DNA of 52,946 bases, taken from positions 1 through 52,946 of the forward strand of contig PRDH01000016.1 in assembly GCA_003345545.1 (NCBI GenBank), in the 5' to 3' direction. The notes beneath the pieces were generated by a model. It did no database searches and was not told the origin of the DNA. It saw nothing but the letters and a program-made list of their open reading frames with translations. The position numbers and the translations under genes are program-made. This DNA is from Candidatus Thorarchaeota archaeon. GTDB lineage: Archaea; Asgardarchaeota; Thorarchaeia; Thorarchaeales; Thorarchaeaceae. Positions 48,407 to 52,946 of the stretch are shown piece by piece; the first letter of the stretch is position 1; the number at the start of each line of letters is the position of its first letter.

Positions 48407-50338
48407 TCAAGTGCCAAGTTGTTTCTTGACCTCATCTACGAGGATTTCCTTGGCGATTTTCCCATCGACCTTCCCACCTAATTCCTTCATGACTATGCCC
48501 ATGAGACCTCCAGTTGAGCGCTCGCCCTGTGCCTTAACGAAATCCTGTCGGTCGTGAACAATCTTCCTTATGGTTTCTCGGATTACAGTATTATTTGCCA
48601 TAGATAGACCGGTGGCAGCCAGCACTTCCTCAATGCTCTGATTTGGATTGTGAGCAAGATGAGCCAGCACAGCGGGTATGGCTTCGGACGATACTTCTTT
48701 CTTATCGACAAGTCTGAATAAGTCAATGAAGTGGCGGTCCAGCAGATTCTCTGTAGGAATCTGATCTCTATGAAGACTGATTACTGTATTCTCTAGAGTT
48801 GCAGCAATGAGCGTGGGCGAAACCTTTGTTTCACGAACCGCCTGTTCAAAGACATCAAGATTCACTGAGCGAGCGATTTGGTATGCAAGATCGGGACTCA
48901 GCCCATATTCCTTGATGAATCGTTTCTCCTTGTTCTCAATCTTTTCGGGCATGTTCATTCTGATTCTCTTAAGGCGAGTTCTTGTGATCTTTACCGGTCT
49001 CACATCAGTTTCTGGATACATGCGTGATGAACCGGGCCTAGGACGTGCATACTTCGAGGCTCCATTTGGAAGTGGAGTTCGAGTTTCAGCGGGAACACCC
49101 AGCACGGCTTCTCTGGCACGATTGATGACAGCCTCCAGCGCATCATTGCATCGTGCCTCTGAAGAAGCGACCATGACAACGGCATCCTGCTCCTCAGCCT
49201 TCAATAGCATTCGAACCTGTGACACGTCACTGTCTGTGATTCCGTACTTGGGAAGCTCGTCAGTGTGGAATATTCCTCCTACACTGCCCCAAAACTTGGC
49301 GTAATCAGAGAACTCTGTGCCAAGACGACGTTCTGGTTGAATTTCAATACCAATCAGCCCGGCGAACTTAGGAAGTCTAGCAGCGTAGACAACGCCACCA
49401 GTTTCGAGAGCATTTCTAATCACTTTTGACTGACTATTCGCAAAAACCTTTGTGACATCAACAAGCAGGTTCTTGATATCATCGGGTTTAACATTCCTAG
49501 CTCTTAGTGCATCACGAATTCCAAGTAGTCTTTCTTGCCTCAGAGTTTCAAGCTCTACGAGTGTGGATATCATGTTGAGTTGCTGAAGGCCCTTGATTTC
49601 TGTGATTGCACCACCGCTGATTGAGATGTTCACATCTTGACGAATCGTTCCCAAGCCCCGCTTTACTCGCCCAGTCGATCTTAAGAGAAGTCCAAGTGCA
49701 AGAGCAACATCTTGTGCCTCAGTGGGTGTCCGAATGTCCGGGGCGGTCGCTATCTCAATCAGGGGAATCCCAAGACGATCGAGCCTGTACACACGTATGT
49801 TGTTCTCATCGTCATCAGCAATTTTTCTTGCGGCATCCTCTTCGAGGCAGATTGTCTGGATTCCTATTGTCTTCCCAGCAACGTCGACCTTGCCGCCATT
49901 AGCGATTATTGCAGTGCGCTGAAATCCCGTAGTATTAGAACCGTCTATGACGATTTTCCTCATTGGATGAATCTCATCAACAGGACTAGAGTGTAAGAAA
50001 TTCGCCATCATCAGACAGATGTCGATAGGTTCTTCGCTTAATTCGTGAGGCGGTTCCTCATCTGCCTCTACTAGGCAGGTTGTGTCGCTGTAGTACTCGT
50101 AACAGAATCGTCTATGTTTTTGATATTCGAAAAGCGCCGCAGGATCTACTGTTCCCATCTCACTTTGTGTAGGACGAAGTCGTCTGATGAACTTCCCATC
50201 GGGTTCATCATCACGAACAATGGTGGCACAGTGACAATAGAGCTTTCTTGTAGTATCTAGTTGTTGATGAAGCTCGAGACCTACCATAAGACCTAATCCT
50301 AGATACTTGTCACTGTCTGTCAGCTCATACTCCCCCAA
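48407..50338 (-). CDS. gatE: Glu-tRNA(Gln) amidotransferase subunit E
   Basis: GLELHQQL, MRKIVIDGSNTTGFQRT, GTIRQDVN, RMYPETD. Confidence 0.98.
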   Translation of the reverse strand: MGEYELTDSDKYLGLGLMVGLELHQQLDTTRKLYCHCATIVRDDEPDGKFIRRLRPTQSEMGTVDPAALFEYQKHRRFCYEYYSDTTCLVEADEEPPHELSEEPIDICLMMANFLHSSPVDEIHPMRKIVIDGSNTTGFQRTAIIANGGKVDVAGKTIGIQTICLEEDAARKIADDDENNIRVYRLDRLGIPLIEIATAPDIRTPTEAQDVALALGLLLRSTGRVKRGLGTIRQDVNISISGGAITEIKGLQQLNMISTLVELETLRQERLLGIRDALRARNVKPDDIKNLLVDVTKVFANSQSKVIRNALETGGVVYAARLPKFAGLIGIEIQPERRLGTEFSDYAKFWGSVGGIFHTDELPKYGITDSDVSQVRMLLKAEEQDAVVMVASSEARCNDALEAVINRAREAVLGVPAETRTPLPNGASKYARPRPGSSRMYPETDVRPVKITRTRLKRIRMNMPEKIENKEKRFIKEYGLSPDLAYQIARSVNLDVFEQAVRETKVSPTLIAATLENTVISLHRDQIPTENLLDRHFIDLFRLVDKKEVSSEAIPAVLAHLAHNPNQSIEEVLAATGLSMANNTVIRETIRKIVHDRQDFVKAQGERSTGGLMGIVMKELGGKVDGKIAKEILVDEVKKQLGT

Positions 50339-51674
50339 AGCGTGTTATGTACTCTGACTCTTCACTGCGCATGTCAATCTCACCAGCAATGGGTGTCAGG
50401 AGAAGACTCTTAGCGGCATCGCCGTCCTTACTATTGGCAAGGGACCACATGAGTTTTACAAGAGCAGTTTCTGGTAGCATGTCCTCGCAGGGAATGACTC
50501 CGGCTGCAAGCAGCTCAACTCCCGAACGATAGACGTTCAGATCGGTGCGTCCAAAGATGCACTGACTTGTCATTGCCACGACAACACCTGCATCTATCGC
50601 CCTCTTGACTGAGGATTGTAAACTATCTGGTGCATGCCCAAGACCAGTCCCTTCAATTATGAAACCTCTATAGCCGGTATCAATCAGGTGATCTAGAAGA
50701 CTGTGCTCAACCCCTGGGTATGTCTTTACCAGCGCCACTTTTTCCTCGAATTTGGGCTTTAGTACAAGCTTGCGCTCCAGTTCGCGCCTTAGTAATGGAG
50801 GATTCAGTTCAACTATTTCTGTTTCAGTGACTCTAAAGAGCGGGCGACTATTTACAGATTGAAAAGCATCGCGTCGACTTGTATGTAACTTGCGAACCCT
50901 CGTTCCTCTGTGGGCATGAAGATAGCTGTCTCCAATTTCCGCATGCATTAGGACCATGACCTCAGCAGCATTGGCCCTTGCGGCGAGAGTGACTGCTCCT
51001 GTAAGATTCATTGCAGAATCTGAGGAGGGTCGATCTGAAGACCGTTGAGACCCCACGAGGACGACAGGAACAGGAAGACTTCGGAGAGCAAACGAGAGAG
51101 CTGCTGCCGTGAATCCAAGTGTGTCAGTTCCGTGAGCTATCACAACTCCATCGGCACCAGACTCTATCTCTAGGGCTATGGCGCGTGCAATTTTCGTCCA
51201 ATCGGTGGGCCGAATATTCTCAGAGAGCACACTCATGAGGACCTTGGCATGAACATTGGCATAGTTTTGGAGTTCGGGAACAGTATCATAGAGATCTTGT
51301 GCGGTCAAAGCTGGATTGACTGCTCCAGTACGATAATCGACCTTACTGGCGATTGTGCCACCAGTACTTAGAATGGAAATGTGAGGTAACCCCTCAGTTT
51401 CGATTCTTGTTTCTGTCGGGGCAGCTTGTCTTCTTCCTCTAGGCTTGATTCGATGTACGACCGTTTCTTGACTCATTCGTATACCGATATTATAACCGCT
51501 CGTCAGTTTGATGACAACGTGTATTGAGTCACTACCGACCTGACTTCGCGGCATGAGTACTCCTGTGTGTTCAACCCCATCTTTCGTGACGCTTATTGTA
51601 TCGCCGATTTGTATTCTGGAGCTGGAGAGTTTCTCCAGAACTAGACCGCTGTAACCCGAATCTTCAAGACTCAA
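50325..51674 (-). CDS. gatD: Glu-tRNA(Gln) amidotransferase subunit D
   Basis: STGGTIASKVDY, HGTDT, GSQRSSDRPSSD; TTG start after a GGTGA SD. Confidence 0.97.
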   Translation of the reverse strand: MSLEDSGYSGLVLEKLSSSRIQIGDTISVTKDGVEHTGVLMPRSQVGSDSIHVVIKLTSGYNIGIRMSQETVVHRIKPRGRRQAAPTETRIETEGLPHISILSTGGTIASKVDYRTGAVNPALTAQDLYDTVPELQNYANVHAKVLMSVLSENIRPTDWTKIARAIALEIESGADGVVIAHGTDTLGFTAAALSFALRSLPVPVVLVGSQRSSDRPSSDSAMNLTGAVTLAARANAAEVMVLMHAEIGDSYLHAHRGTRVRKLHTSRRDAFQSVNSRPLFRVTETEIVELNPPLLRRELERKLVLKPKFEEKVALVKTYPGVEHSLLDHLIDTGYRGFIIEGTGLGHAPDSLQSSVKRAIDAGVVVAMTSQCIFGRTDLNVYRSGVELLAAGVIPCEDMLPETALVKLMWSLANSKDGDAAKSLLLTPIAGEIDMRSEESEYITRFGGV

Positions 51675-51748
51675 TGACTTTCTCACCTTCGAGCTGAAAC
51701 TCAAACAGGATAGCTCGGTCATAAAGGCTTCGTCATAAATGATAGAAC

Positions 51749-52354
51749 CTAGAGGATTCCAAAAATGATGAGCAGTCCGAATAGTATGAAGACTGTTCCG
51801 ACTACTCTCTTCACAATCCTTAGGGGAATACGTTGAGCTACGCGATTTCCAGCAAACGCACCAAGCGAATTGACAATTAGAAATCCAATGACGGCACCAG
51901 CAAAGACAATGATTGGAAACAGCGACTGGGCAGCCAAAGCAAGAATCGTGATCTGGCTCTTATCACCAAGCTCAGACAATAGCACAAGAGAGAACATCCC
52001 AAAGAGCGTGCCTGGATTATCGCAAGTTTCGGGTATTTCGGAATTTGATCTTGCAAGGGTGAAGATACCCAATGATAGGAACATGATACCTGATATGTAC
52101 GTAATAATCTCAATAGAGAGAGTACCAGAAAGAATGAAGCCCAAGATGACTGCCATTGCTGAGGAGATGGCAAGTGCTGCGATAGTTGCAAGAAGCACCA
52201 ACTTAGGTCGACGATACTGTGCACTAAGACACATGGTGGTCAGCATGGTCTTATCGCCAAGCTCCATCAATAGGACTAGTCCCAATGACGAGATGAGCGT
52301 TTGAGTTGGCATTATAGTAGCGGGTTTCCATGGTTTCTTTTTAGGGTTTGGCAT
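51749..52354 (-). CDS. TMEM165/GDT1 family Mn/Ca transporter
   Basis: Two ELGDK(T/S) motifs. Confidence 0.93.
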   Translation of the reverse strand: MPNPKKKPWKPATIMPTQTLISSLGLVLLMELGDKTMLTTMCLSAQYRRPKLVLLATIAALAISSAMAVILGFILSGTLSIEIITYISGIMFLSLGIFTLARSNSEIPETCDNPGTLFGMFSLVLLSELGDKSQITILALAAQSLFPIIVFAGAVIGFLIVNSLGAFAGNRVAQRIPLRIVKRVVGTVFILFGLLIIFGIL

Positions 52355-52377
52355 ATGGTTTCATGGTTAAGATGGAG

Positions 52378-52492
52378 TGCGGGAGGCGAGGTTCGGACTC
52401 GCGGACTCCTACGAGAGCGGATATCATATCGTGACCCCGTTGTTCAAACGATCTTAAGTCCGCCGCCTTTGACCAGGCTTGGCTACTCCCGC
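52378..52492 (-). tRNA. tRNA-Leu(UAA) with a 30-nt canonical intron; T-loop TCCGAAC
   Basis: GCGGGAG/CTCCCGC acceptor, long variable arm, intron 52423-52452. Confidence 0.92.
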
Positions 52493-52565
52493 ACAAGTAT
52501 GTGCCCAGTCTTTTTTGAGAGATTATTGGAAGCGCTCTTGAATTCTTTGATGATGTTTGAGATTG

Positions 52566-52675
52566 TGGTGGGCCGCGCCGGATTTGAACCAGCGACCTTC
52601 GATTCCGATGAGTCGGTGACTCAATCGGATTCTCGGTGTAAACGAGACATCATAGCCGGGCTAGACTAGCGGCCC
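52566..52675 (-). tRNA. tRNA-Val(UAC) with a 32-nt intron at about 44/45
   Basis: GGGCCGC/GCGGCCC acceptor, TCTCG-TTTACAC-CGAGA; intron about 52598-52629; CCA. Confidence 0.92.
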
Positions 52676-52946
52676 CAAGAAGAGGCCTTGGGCGCTCCAG
52701 ATAAAAAGCTGTTTACGTGCGATACGCTGCGATGTGAACGTCTTGGTAAGAACCGTCCAGGTTGGTGCTCCTGAAACCTTCGAATTTCATCTCATGACTA
52801 CGTTCTATTACTTGTAATACACTGGCTGTTCTGTCCTTGACTCTCAATGCTGCAACAAAGACCATTGAGTCTGTACCAATCAGGTATCAAGTCTACGCAT
52901 TCATTTTTGCCCGTATCTCCTCAGGAATGAACAAGTGCATTGGAAC

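Noticed and set aside
52893-52946. Possible 3' end of a minus-strand gene (..VPMHLFIPEEIRAKMNA*)
   Set aside because: Too short at the window edge to support a call.

Overview
Archaeal chromosomal segment, most consistent with an Asgard archaeon of the Thorarchaeia type. This is an inference from EF-1alpha, unsplit RpoB with split RpoA'/A'', GatDE, an SBBP surface protein and intron-rich tRNAs. The core backbone is rpoB-rpoA1-rpoA2-rpl30e-nusA-rps12-rps7, tuf, fprA, mtnA, hycI, an endA-like gene, rpiA, pgk and gatDE. There are 9 complete tRNAs (8 of them carry 10 BHB-type introns, 5 at non-canonical positions) and one partial tRNA. An accessory block beside tRNA-Tyr (about 24-33.2 kb) holds three notable genes: (i) a stand-alone TnpB/Cas12f-like nuclease with the Fanzor-type rearranged RuvC-II site, a ~400-nt structured 3' RNA and inverted end motifs; (ii) a 1533-aa AT-hook/PD-(D/E)XK/degenerate P-loop protein; (iii) a Zn-ribbon DUF1156-type adenine methyltransferase. 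Other notable items: a bicistronic pair of paralogous 29/34-aa peptide genes missed by the ORF track (119-319, minus strand) with its own TATA box, SD and terminator; an ECF transporter operon with Cys-less molybdopterin-oxidoreductase-like domains fused to both the S-component and a surface phosphoesterase; a membrane-anchored (PSGGP)n protein; and two candidate structured ncRNAs. All family calls come from motif recognition by eye; no searches were run.
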